A stretch of DNA of 64,000 bases. It comes from a virus. Below are positions 39,437 to 48,000 of this stretch, one piece after another. Below the pieces are notes generated by a model. It saw nothing but the letters and a program-made list of their open reading frames with translations. It searched no databases and was not told the DNA's origin. Location of the stretch: positions 2,824 through 66,823 of IMG/VR virus record IMGVR_UViG_3300032668_000017; one strand, written 5' to 3'. The translations under genes and the position numbers were made by a program. The stretch's first letter is position 1, and each line of letters starts with the position of its first letter.

Positions 39437-40956
39437 CAGTAATACGCCGCCTTTCGTCTGTATTTATAGGTTAAGTCATCTTTTTCATCAGTATCTAAAC
39501 TAACAAACCCACCATTTCTGTACCGCATAAGCGCTTGGCTCACCGTATCCACATAGTCATCATGCTCGCCGACTGGGAACGCTGCTACTTCTTCTATTAC
39601 GTCCTTGGCCCACCGCCTATCTGGAGCCCAGACTATACCTGAAGCGAACAAGTCTGTAATGGAATTAACACGGGCAATTTTATCGTTGCCTCTAGATGGG
39701 TTTGTTTCTTGTACGGGTAGCCCCATCCGTCTAAGTTCTTGTATCAACGGGCCTCCGCTGGCCTTTTTCTCGATTATGAACGCATCAGGCTGCCACTCGT
39801 TATAGTGTTTGAGCGCTACCGCCTTTAGTTCTGGGAATGTCATCCGATCTTTAAAAGCATCTAGCAGGATTAACTGTGGGGCGTTGCCCTCTTCCTCGTT
39901 ATACCAAACACCCCATGTTGTGCAGGCGCTGTAGTCAGATGTTGTCTTTGTTTCAAACGCCGTATCCCAAGACTGAATAATGTATTCGCAAGTGGGTGGG
40001 TCTTCTGCTTCCCAGATTCTCCAGTCGCTTCGTTTTATCAGGGCGCTCGTGTCGCCTGTGGGGTTTTGCATGTACTGGGCGTTCCAGTACCGTGGGTCCA
40101 TCTGAAGACGCTTTGCTTCTAGTTGTTCGAGTGGCCACTGCTCAGGCCAGAGACTTTTACCAGATGGGAGGATGGCCGGCAGTTCTACTACTTCCCATGG
40201 TTCTGCTTCGGGGTTCTGCATCGTAAAATTAACGAGGCGACCTGTTAAATCTACAAGACTCCACCTAGTCATAATTACTATGATCGCACCCCCCGGCATT
40301 AAACGCTGCAACGGACCGGTTTGAAACCAAGACCACGCATTATCAAACGTTGCGCGGCTGTTCGCCTTTATATCCTGTTCAGAATGAGGGTCGTCAATAA
40401 CAAACAAATCAGCGCCCCGCCCAGCGAGAGCGCCCCCGACACCCACAGCATAGTACTGACCGCCAGCGCCAGTAGACCATTTTCCTGCTGCTTTTTGGTC
40501 GTCGGCGACGATGGTGCTTGGGAAGACTTCATGGTATTCCTCACTATCAATTAAGTTCCTCACTCTCCGTCCAAAGTCCTCTGATAAACCCGCGGTATGC
40601 GTGGCCATAATGATTTTCTTATCAGGGTATTTACCTAGAAAGTATGCCGGAAACAGGTAAGACGAAAACTCGGATTTGCCCATCCTTGGTGCAATATTAA
40701 TAATTACCCGCTTTTTCTTGCCTTGAACCACGTCGTCGAATATCTTTGCCAGCTTCTTGTGGTGTGGCCCTACTTTGAATCCCGGGTACACGTACTTGGC
40801 AAACTCGATGGGGTTATCTTGCGCGGACTTTAACTTGTGGCGTCTTTCTTTTTCTTCTAGCTCTTCTAGGAAGGCTAGCTTCTCGGTGACGGTCATGTCC
40901 TTTAGCGCTTTCTGCGCTGCGAATGCTTCTTCTGGGGTTAAAAAATCTAGACTCAT
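39436..40956 (-). CDS. terL: Terminase large subunit
   Basis: Walker A APRMGKS, Walker B FVIDDP, IMTRW, SWDTA, and nuclease motif HDDYVD. Confidence 0.95.
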   Translation of the reverse strand: MSLDFLTPEEAFAAQKALKDMTVTEKLAFLEELEEKERRHKLKSAQDNPIEFAKYVYPGFKVGPHHKKLAKIFDDVVQGKKKRVIINIAPRMGKSEFSSYLFPAYFLGKYPDKKIIMATHTAGLSEDFGRRVRNLIDSEEYHEVFPSTIVADDQKAAGKWSTGAGGQYYAVGVGGALAGRGADLFVIDDPHSEQDIKANSRATFDNAWSWFQTGPLQRLMPGGAIIVIMTRWSLVDLTGRLVNFTMQNPEAEPWEVVELPAILPSGKSLWPEQWPLEQLEAKRLQMDPRYWNAQYMQNPTGDTSALIKRSDWRIWEAEDPPTCEYIIQSWDTAFETKTTSDYSACTTWGVWYNEEEGNAPQLILLDAFKDRMTFPELKAVALKHYNEWQPDAFIIEKKASGGPLIQELRRMGLPVQETNPSRGNDKIARVNSITDLFASGIVWAPDRRWAKDVIEEVAAFPVGEHDDYVDTVSQALMRYRNGGFVSLDTDEKDDLTYKYRRKAAYY

Positions 40957-41600
40957 TCTTCGTCGCGGCTCTCCGCCTTAACCACTTTTTCTACCACTTC
41001 TATCTCTTCGACGTCCGTCACGTCCACCACGCCCATGTACTTCTCTAGCTTTTTCTTAATTTGCTGCTCGAGTTCCTCGTCGCTCATCTCAGTCTTTTTA
41101 ACTTCAACTCGGTCTGTGAACAGCGCTACTTCCGTTACTTTTCCAAGTAACTCCAACGCCTTTAGGCGTATCCGGGCATCCGGATGTTCTGTTTCTTTTA
41201 CTATTTTTGCTACGGACATACTGCGAAGTTCTTGCGCCTGCTCTACAAATTTCCACTGATAGGCCGTCACCATAGACACGGCTGCCTTAACTTCTTCTGG
41301 AACTTCCATCTGTAACAGTTTTTCTTGGGCGTCTGGGTGGGATGTGGTTAAAGCTAGGAAGGCGTCGTTTACCCTGTCCTCTTGCGCTCTTTCCAAGAGC
41401 TCTTCATCTTCGTCGGTAATTTCTTTTAGCCAGTCCGCCGTCTTACTCTGCGCATCTAATGTTTGGGCAGGGCTTGCGTTTTTTATAGGGACAAATAGTT
41501 TCTCGTCCAGAAGAGTTTCTGGAGCAAAATCAGCGGCTGCAGCTGAGACTAAGTGATCTAAGATCAAATCAAATTCCCTATTGGTTGCGTGGGGGTCCAC
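40953..41600 (-). CDS. Probable terminase small subunit
   Basis: Directly upstream of terL; RLKALELLGK motif. Confidence 0.6.
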   Translation of the reverse strand: MDPHATNREFDLILDHLVSAAAADFAPETLLDEKLFVPIKNASPAQTLDAQSKTADWLKEITDEDEELLERAQEDRVNDAFLALTTSHPDAQEKLLQMEVPEEVKAAVSMVTAYQWKFVEQAQELRSMSVAKIVKETEHPDARIRLKALELLGKVTEVALFTDRVEVKKTEMSDEELEQQIKKKLEKYMGVVDVTDVEEIEVVEKVVKAESRDEE

Positions 41601-41631
41601 GATTTTGTCTGATTGTACTAGGTTTTTGTTT

Positions 41632-41661
41632 TTGTGTGTTGTGTTGATTTTTGTTTATACT
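41632..41661 (+). promoter_or_regulatory. Sigma70-like promoter for the candidate sRNA
   Basis: -10 TATACT at 41656-41661; weak -35 TTGTGT at 41632. Confidence 0.5.
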
Positions 41662-41667
41662 TGCCTG

Positions 41668-41747
41668 TACCAGCGCTTTTACTTCTCCTTTCGTTGTGGC
41701 GTTGGTGTGAGGTTTGACCCCGGGCTTAAAACGTCCGGGGTTTTTTT
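41668..41747 (+). ncRNA. Candidate small RNA with anti-Shine-Dalgarno loop
   Basis: Stem ACCAGCGC/GCGTTGGT with loop TTTTACTTCTCCTTTCGTTGTG, then an intrinsic terminator. Confidence 0.65.
41717..41747 (+). terminator. Rho-independent terminator
   Basis: ACCCCGGGC-TTAAAAC-GTCCGGGG followed by T7. Confidence 0.85.
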
Positions 41748-41767
41748 ATGGGCGTAGTTGTCTAAGA

Positions 41768-41850
41768 TTTGACATAGTCCTTGGAATTTTTTACAAAACT
41801 TATACCCCGTTTGACATGCCTCATAGAATTTTTTTACAAAATTTTGACAT
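41768..41850. repeat. Tandem TTTGACAT...GAATTTTTTACAAAA repeats
   Basis: TTTGACAT occurs three times; GAATT(T)4-5ACAAAA occurs twice. Confidence 0.75.
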
Positions 41851-41972
41851 TTTTTGGTTTGCGCCAGCGAAACAGTGTATGGGCGCAGTGGGGTTGGCTA
41901 TGGCAAAACGGCTTGGTGGGGGTAGGGTGGGGTCAGAATAGGCTGAATTGATACTAGGGATAGTAGCCCATT

Positions 41973-41981
41973 TGGTATAAT
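41973..41981 (+). promoter_or_regulatory. Extended -10 early promoter
   Basis: TGGTATAAT ~55 nt upstream of the first early ATG (42035). Confidence 0.7.
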
Positions 41982-42034
41982 AGAGGTATCGAGTGAGGGA
42001 TTCCCCAAGCCGATACACAACAAAGGAGTTTCAA

Positions 42035-42451
42035 ATGCAACAGTTCAATTCATACCTCAAAGCAGTCGAGCAACACATCGAGTCAGGTTTCAATCTTGGT
42101 GATGCAATGGCTAAGTTCCTGCCTGTATTCAATACGGCTAAGCCCACGCAACAGTTGGAGATGCGTAGTGCAGTCGCAAGGCTTATCAGTATCAAGAAGA
42201 AGGTGGCTACGATTGAAATAAATAAAGGGGCTTTCGCTGGCTCACAAGGCTTTCAGGCTAAGCACAAGGGTGGCACAGACGCAACGGAGAGAGCAAGAGT
42301 CATGCTCAAATACTATATGCCACAAAGCAACAAGGTGGAGAAAACCTCCACCAAACCAAAAGCAAAGCCAAGCCCAGTTGCTAAACTACTTACACAGTTC
42401 AAATCCCTCACGCCAGCACAGCGCAAAGCGTTTTTGTCAGAAGTTCTGTGA
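42035..42451 (+). CDS. First early protein, hypothetical
   Basis: AAAGGAG SD before ATG 42035. Confidence 0.7.
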   Translation: MQQFNSYLKAVEQHIESGFNLGDAMAKFLPVFNTAKPTQQLEMRSAVARLISIKKKVATIEINKGAFAGSQGFQAKHKGGTDATERARVMLKYYMPQSNKVEKTSTKPKAKPSPVAKLLTQFKSLTPAQRKAFLSEVL

Positions 42452-42512
42452 TCGGGCGAGGAAGCGAGGCTTCTACGCAGTTCGTTTTTATGTCAAACCA
42501 AAGGAGAATGTT

Positions 42513-42701
42513 ATGTCAGTAGCAAAAGATATTATCAAAGTAGTTAAGCAAGACCCACTCGGTGAAGCGTTCCTAGTGGAGGCGATGCGTCGCTACGCTA
42601 AAGATGTATTGCAAGACAACACCGATTGGGGCAACTCAATCATCAGCAAAGAAGCGTGGCAACACATTGCACAACAAGTTGTATTCGAGTTAAACATCTA
42701 A
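42513..42701 (+). CDS. Hypothetical early protein
   Basis: AAAGGAGAA SD before ATG 42513. Confidence 0.65.
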   Translation: MSVAKDIIKVVKQDPLGEAFLVEAMRRYAKDVLQDNTDWGNSIISKEAWQHIAQQVVFELNI

Positions 42702-42711
42702 GGAGAATCAA

Positions 42712-42957
42712 ATGAAACACCAATCACAACGCAACCCAGTAGGCTTTGTAGTTGCCTACAAAAAAGACGGCTTCATCTTGGAATTTAAAAGAACGAAGCG
42801 AGATGAGATACAAACCTATGCCCATATGAAGCCCGCTATCAATGCCGTCAAGAAGTTAAGGGGGGAGGATCAACTCGCTGGTGAATGGGTCGCTATGACC
42901 ACTATACGGCTTGCAGAGATACAAAGAAAGGAGTGGGAGATGGCACAGAGAGGCTAG
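42712..42957 (+). CDS. Hypothetical early protein
   Basis: AAGGAG SD; 81 aa. Confidence 0.65.
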   Translation: MKHQSQRNPVGFVVAYKKDGFILEFKRTKRDEIQTYAHMKPAINAVKKLRGEDQLAGEWVAMTTIRLAEIQRKEWEMAQRG

Positions 42958-43340
42958 GTATGCACCAATCTAGGGCGGTGGACAATAGTCAAGTGGTTAT
43001 GAAATACTGTCGCCCTAGTTGCCACCCTCTAGCCCTTTTACTATATGGGTCTGTCCACTTTGCGCACAATAGTATATATATAAATAAAGAAATAAATAAT
43101 ATATATAGGGTTCTCTCATAAGTGGACACTTTTCTCTTGGCTTGTCTTGGCTTTAGTATTTTTCTAAAATCGGTTGACTATTTGACCGAAATCTCTTTGA
43201 GCCATATACTACAAGGGCTAGCGGGCGTCCACTATGTGCGGACATCTTTCATAACCAACGGACATAGTGGACTATTTTGGTGGAGGACTTCTCCACCTAC
43301 TACACAAACGACTTAACAAACCGAAAGGATCACAACCAAC

Positions 43341-43874
43341 ATGACGATACGACACACGCCATACTCAAAGCTATCGCCTAACCAACTACACAATACCCTC
43401 CTAAAAAAGAAAACGCCGTTAAATCTAATGGCTGAAATAAAAGAAAGGGTGAGGCTACGCAAGGAAGTAGTAAACAAGCAACGAGTCGAGGACAAGGTGC
43501 GAGCTAAGCGGTGGAACGACATGATTAAACCCCTATCGAACCACATCAAGACAGTCAGATCAAACCTTGCATACCACGAATACATCAACCCCGATTTGTT
43601 TTGTTTTTATTTAGACTATTTAGATGTGTTGCTTGCTACCCGCACCACCCTCACTAAAAACAAAATCAACCGCAGAGCTACACCAATAAACACAGATAGA
43701 AACAAGCGGGACTGGACAGACTGGGTAGATAAAGACGATAAGGCTAGGCTCACTAGCCACTACAACGCACTACCAAAGAGTAGCAAAGCGAACCGACGGA
43801 CGATCTTCGCTCGTCCCAAACAAACTAAATCTAAGAAAGGAAATCAAAATGAAAAGCAAAGTCATAGTAGTTAA
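43341..43874 (+). CDS. Hypothetical basic early protein
   Basis: GAAAGGA SD; 177 aa. Confidence 0.65.
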   Translation: MTIRHTPYSKLSPNQLHNTLLKKKTPLNLMAEIKERVRLRKEVVNKQRVEDKVRAKRWNDMIKPLSNHIKTVRSNLAYHEYINPDLFCFYLDYLDVLLATRTTLTKNKINRRATPINTDRNKRDWTDWVDKDDKARLTSHYNALPKSSKANRRTIFARPKQTKSKKGNQNEKQSHSS

Positions 43875-44067
43875 GACAGGCAGAGAAGTAAACGAGAACG
43901 AGTGGGTAAACAGGAAGGATATCAAGGGATACTACAGGCGGTATGAGATATTGGAGATATACGAGTGCGATGAAACCGCAAGGGTCAGGGTTCTTACTGG
44001 TGGTGATGGGTATCTCTACACCACGCAAGGCTTCCACAAACTAGGTCTTAAAAAGGTGATGCTATGA
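43849..44067 (+). CDS. Hypothetical protein
   Basis: GAAAGGA SD. Confidence 0.6.
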   Translation: MKSKVIVVKTGREVNENEWVNRKDIKGYYRRYEILEIYECDETARVRVLTGGDGYLYTTQGFHKLGLKKVML

Positions 44068-44176
44068 GATGGAGTAAAAGCTGGATCAACGGCGGGGACT
44101 TGTTTGCTAGGGTGGCTATGACCTTAGCTTATTTATATTTGTTTGTTCATGTAGTTATTTATATAGGGAGGTAGAG

Positions 44177-44590
44177 ATGGGATATAGATCAGAGGTGGCA
44201 TACATAATCAGATTCAAAGACAAGGAACAGAGGGATAGCTTTATTGCATTACAACTTGTCAAGCAAGACCCCGACATCAACGAAGCTCTGAAAGAACTTA
44301 AGCAACTAGAAGATGACAAGCTATTATTTCATGTGCCTGATTGGAAGTGGTATTCCGAATACAAAGAAGTCAAGGCGCACACTAGCCTGTATCAGGAAGC
44401 GGTCGAGCTATACGAGGACTCAGCGTATTTGTTTTACAGACTGGGCGAGGAGCTAGAGGACATCGAGCAAGATGATGGCGGTGATGTAGATGACCTGTGG
44501 GATTACTTGAGTGTGCATAAATACATCAACATAGACATAGATACAAACCAAATCAAACCAATCCTAACCGAAGAAGGAGAACTAGCATGA
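44177..44590 (+). CDS. Hypothetical phage protein
   Basis: MGYRSEV...WKWY...RLGEELEDIE; GGAGG SD. Confidence 0.7.
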   Translation: MGYRSEVAYIIRFKDKEQRDSFIALQLVKQDPDINEALKELKQLEDDKLLFHVPDWKWYSEYKEVKAHTSLYQEAVELYEDSAYLFYRLGEELEDIEQDDGGDVDDLWDYLSVHKYINIDIDTNQIKPILTEEGELA

Positions 44591-44790
44591 AAAGAGTATT
44601 GAGATTTACATGGATCACTATGCCTACTACAACGGCGGGGCATATGGCTACTAGCCTAATCCCAACAAACAAATACACAAGGGGCTTTGTGGAGAAAGCT
44701 ATTAGCCCAATGGCGGGGGTGTATGGGTTTGATGCCAGCTACTTGGGCGAGAAGAAAGAGTTTCGTAATCAATCAATCACAATCAGATAG
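44587..44790 (+). CDS. Hypothetical protein
   Basis: AAGGAG SD; ATGA overlap. Confidence 0.55.
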   Translation: MKRVLRFTWITMPTTTAGHMATSLIPTNKYTRGFVEKAISPMAGVYGFDASYLGEKKEFRNQSITIR

Positions 44791-44800
44791 GAGAACTAGC

Positions 44801-44968
44801 ATGAAGAACTTAACGGCAGTATGTGTAGAGAAAGACGATAGTAAAGAGTATGTAATGCACGAAGTAAGTTATGAAGCAGAAGATGGCAGTATCGTGTCGG
44901 GTCTAGTATTAGCGACAGACCCACTAGATGCAATAAATAAAACACGCAACCAACTGAAAGGAAACTAA
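44801..44968 (+). CDS. Hypothetical protein
   Basis: AGGAG SD before ATG 44801. Confidence 0.55.
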   Translation: MKNLTAVCVEKDDSKEYVMHEVSYEAEDGSIVSGLVLATDPLDAINKTRNQLKGN

Positions 44969-44969
44969 G

Positions 44970-45590
44970 ATGACTACATTCACAATGCAAGACTTAACCG
45001 AAACACCTGAGGAGAAAGAAGCGTTTGATGCGGTGGCACAAGCAATAGAAAACCGCAAGATATTTGACAACATTCAACCCGCAACAAAGGAGCAATTCAT
45101 GGAGCAAGCAGAAACCATACAAGGCGCAACTGGGGCGCAATATACCCCGATCGACCTCAAGCAATTCCACAAACCAATCGAGGAGATTAACAAACCAAAC
45201 ATACATCAACTAGCACAACAACTTACGCAATCATTCAACACCCTTATCAACGCAATCCTAGAACTACAAGCACAGGATAAACAACCAGTGTCATCTTCTT
45301 CGGGGGGCGATTTTGTTGGCGCAGTCAATACCATCTTGGAGAACGCTGAATGGTTTAACGAAAAGGTGCGTAATGAAATCCCCGACATCATCGAGAACAC
45401 AGACTTAAGCTATGAGATTGAAAGCGCAGTCGAGTCACACTTCAGTAATAGCTTTAGCTTAGATGATCATATTGATGTAGCTAGTGAGATTGAAAGTATT
45501 GTTGATGATCGGCTAGATGATATGGTGCAAGAGAAAGTAGAAGAATATCTACGAGAGAAACTAAGCACCGCCACAATCTCATTCAATTAA
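44970..45590 (+). CDS. Acidic hypothetical protein
   Basis: 206 aa; GAAAGGA SD; Asp/Glu-rich C-terminus. Confidence 0.7.
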   Translation: MTTFTMQDLTETPEEKEAFDAVAQAIENRKIFDNIQPATKEQFMEQAETIQGATGAQYTPIDLKQFHKPIEEINKPNIHQLAQQLTQSFNTLINAILELQAQDKQPVSSSSGGDFVGAVNTILENAEWFNEKVRNEIPDIIENTDLSYEIESAVESHFSNSFSLDDHIDVASEIESIVDDRLDDMVQEKVEEYLREKLSTATISFN

Positions 45591-45629
45591 CAACAGGTGG
45601 AGAAACCCTCCACCACGAAAGGAGAAAGT

Positions 45630-46322
45630 ATGGAAACCATAGTAGAACCACAGACCTACACTATCCAACAACTTATAGAACTAGAGCAAGACGAAGCGTT
45701 AGAGAGGATCAGGCATTGGTGGCAAGAGCATGGCGCAGAGCATGATTGGTGGGACTATATCTACGATGATGCCAAGAGTGAGGGCTATCAACTAGGCTTT
45801 GTTATCAACGACATAAACTTTACAGGCTTTTACTCACAAGGTGATGGCGCTTGTTGGGAAGGACAAGTTGATTTAGCTCAATGGCTCAAGACGCATACCG
45901 AGGACAGTATAGGTAGAGAAGCATGGCTTACTTTGATACGAGAAGAATACTGCGACAAGCATTTAGGTGTTAGCTTTAGCGGTAGGTATTCACACAGCAA
46001 CACCATGCGCTGTAATGGTTTAGATTGGGTAGATGATATTGATGGGTTCGGTATCAGAGATGAAGATGCGTTCCTCAAAGGCGACAGTATCTTTAATGGT
46101 ATGCGATACACAGACCTACACAACATCATCAGATCATCAGGCTTTCCATACACAGACCCTAACGATTTAGAAGAAGCCATGTTCGAGAGTGCTAAAGACT
46201 ACGCTGATGATATATACAGACGACTTAGGAAAGAATACGAATACATCATGAGCGACGAGAACCTGATTGAGATGTGCAGTATCAACGAGTGGAAGTTTAA
46301 CAAAGAAGGAGAGATGGTATGA
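45630..46322 (+). CDS. Acidic hypothetical phage protein
   Basis: FTGFYSQGDGA...LRKEYEY motif; GAAAGGAG SD. Confidence 0.7.
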   Translation: METIVEPQTYTIQQLIELEQDEALERIRHWWQEHGAEHDWWDYIYDDAKSEGYQLGFVINDINFTGFYSQGDGACWEGQVDLAQWLKTHTEDSIGREAWLTLIREEYCDKHLGVSFSGRYSHSNTMRCNGLDWVDDIDGFGIRDEDAFLKGDSIFNGMRYTDLHNIIRSSGFPYTDPNDLEEAMFESAKDYADDIYRRLRKEYEYIMSDENLIEMCSINEWKFNKEGEMV

Positions 46323-46625
46323 GTGATGAATATATTAAGAAGTTAGAAAGCTACGCTAGGGATTTTTATATAAACAAGTTAGACAACTGCCCTTGCGATA
46401 TCGGTCTTTTTTATTTTATTGAAGGTTTTATTGAAGGTGTAATAGCTAACAAGGAAGGAGAGATAGCATGAAGATGTATGTATCAGTCCCAATGATTAGG
46501 AATTGGGTCGGCGATGACCACTTAAATACTTCAGAGTTGCTTGAGTTATTAAGAGAGATCATCAATGGCGAGTATACCCCTGAAGAATTTCGTAATGATG
46601 TATTAAATTTATGGGAGGACACAGT

Positions 46626-46847
46626 ATGAAAAGAAGGGAACTAGAAATTAAAACAGGCGACAGCGAAGATGAATACAAGATAGTAGAGTGGCGCATCATA
46701 GCTGTATGGAATGATGGATTAGTAGAGGATTGGTCAGGTGATCTTGCTGACGATTCAACGCTAGCAATGGAGGTCGAGTCATACTGCGTGGACTACGAGG
46801 AATTACGCAACATAGACCCCGAAGAATATAACGACAGTAAATGGTAA
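46626..46847 (+). CDS. Acidic hypothetical protein (preceded by two coupled small ORFs, 46319-46471 and 46468-46629)
   Basis: GGAGG SD; chain of ATGA overlaps. Confidence 0.55.
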   Translation: MKRRELEIKTGDSEDEYKIVEWRIIAVWNDGLVEDWSGDLADDSTLAMEVESYCVDYEELRNIDPEEYNDSKW

Positions 46848-46874
46848 ACAAACTCACAACTGAAAGGAATCAAA

Positions 46875-47849
46875 ATGAGAACATACAACGAAGCAGTAGC
46901 GCATTACGAGAAGTGCAAAGCACCAACAAGAAGCGCCAAGTGGTTAGCTATGCCTGACAAACCAAGATACCTACGCAATGTATCAGCAGACCATATGGGT
47001 ATTCACAAGACAGACGAGGGCGCTATTTACTATCGCCTTTACAACACCAATGTAGCTATCTTCTATCCACCCGAAGCCAACGGCGACCGCAAGGTAGTCA
47101 CTAACTTCTACAACAGTCAGACCACTAGCATCTTTATGTATGAGAATGGCTTGCACTACTACGAGCAGACAACAACAGAAGGTAAGCAAGTCAAAGTTCC
47201 GTATGTAGCATCGTGGGACAGAGATAAGCAACAACATACACCATCGGCAGTTCTTTACTTTGATAGCAACGACAAGCTGATCGTCGAGCGCTCACATCAC
47301 AAGGACATCTATACATTCAAGTCATCAGCCGAGGACAAGGAGAAGCGCAAGGAGTTTAAGAAGAAAGTAGATGTATTGATGACGCTTGCGATGTTCAGAC
47401 TACCTGAGTATCGAGCCAATGTAACTATCGAGCAAGAGCTAGGTGAACCATTCGGCACGCAGTATCGCAACAAGCCACAGTCTATTGATGACTTCGAGCA
47501 CACAGTAAGCAAGCTAGGTTCAGATGCAACCGAACACCCCGAATACATTCAGCACTTCTTGGATATGGGGCAAGCGGTATTCAATATCCTAGCTAGCAAG
47601 AAAGTCTACAACCATATCCCTGAGGGTGAGCGTTGGCAAGGTAGTTTGTTTAGAACATGGAGCGCAACACCTAACGAAATAGAAGCCAAACGCAAAACGC
47701 AACAAGCAATCGCAGATCAAGTCACCGCCGAGGAGTTCAAGAAGTCGTTAACAACCCGCTTGTTACAGATAGCCGACCTCAAGACTGGCTCGGTCAAAAC
47801 CCCTTGGGGTCAGTTCATGGATACTATCCCACGCAAATACTACATTTAG
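46875..47849 (+). CDS. Hypothetical early protein
   Basis: 324-aa ORF; GAAAGGA SD. Confidence 0.75.
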   Translation: MRTYNEAVAHYEKCKAPTRSAKWLAMPDKPRYLRNVSADHMGIHKTDEGAIYYRLYNTNVAIFYPPEANGDRKVVTNFYNSQTTSIFMYENGLHYYEQTTTEGKQVKVPYVASWDRDKQQHTPSAVLYFDSNDKLIVERSHHKDIYTFKSSAEDKEKRKEFKKKVDVLMTLAMFRLPEYRANVTIEQELGEPFGTQYRNKPQSIDDFEHTVSKLGSDATEHPEYIQHFLDMGQAVFNILASKKVYNHIPEGERWQGSLFRTWSATPNEIEAKRKTQQAIADQVTAEEFKKSLTTRLLQIADLKTGSVKTPWGQFMDTIPRKYYI

Positions 47850-48000
47850 TATTAACAGCACTACCCCTAGTATCAGGGTTTATCCTTGTGTCTAAGGTTT
47901 TACAAAGCAGTATCATAGAAGAAAGCCACAACATATAGTGGCAAGCAGTAACCTCACGCAGTTCAACCGCAGTATATAAACACACGAAAGGTAGTTCATT

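Larger units (their letters stand above)
42334..45614. repeat. Three GGTGGAG-N5-CTCCACC palindromes (42334-42352, 43279-43297, 45596-45614)
   Basis: Identical 7-bp arms with variable 5-nt spacer. Confidence 0.9.

Noticed and set aside
41714-42018. ORFs 41714-41941 (+) and 41821-42018 (-)
   Set aside because: They overlap a terminator, repeats and a promoter and have no RBS
42885-43316. ORFs 42885-43121 and 43122-43316
   Set aside because: They have no SD and cross an AT-rich repeat region that is better explained as non-coding
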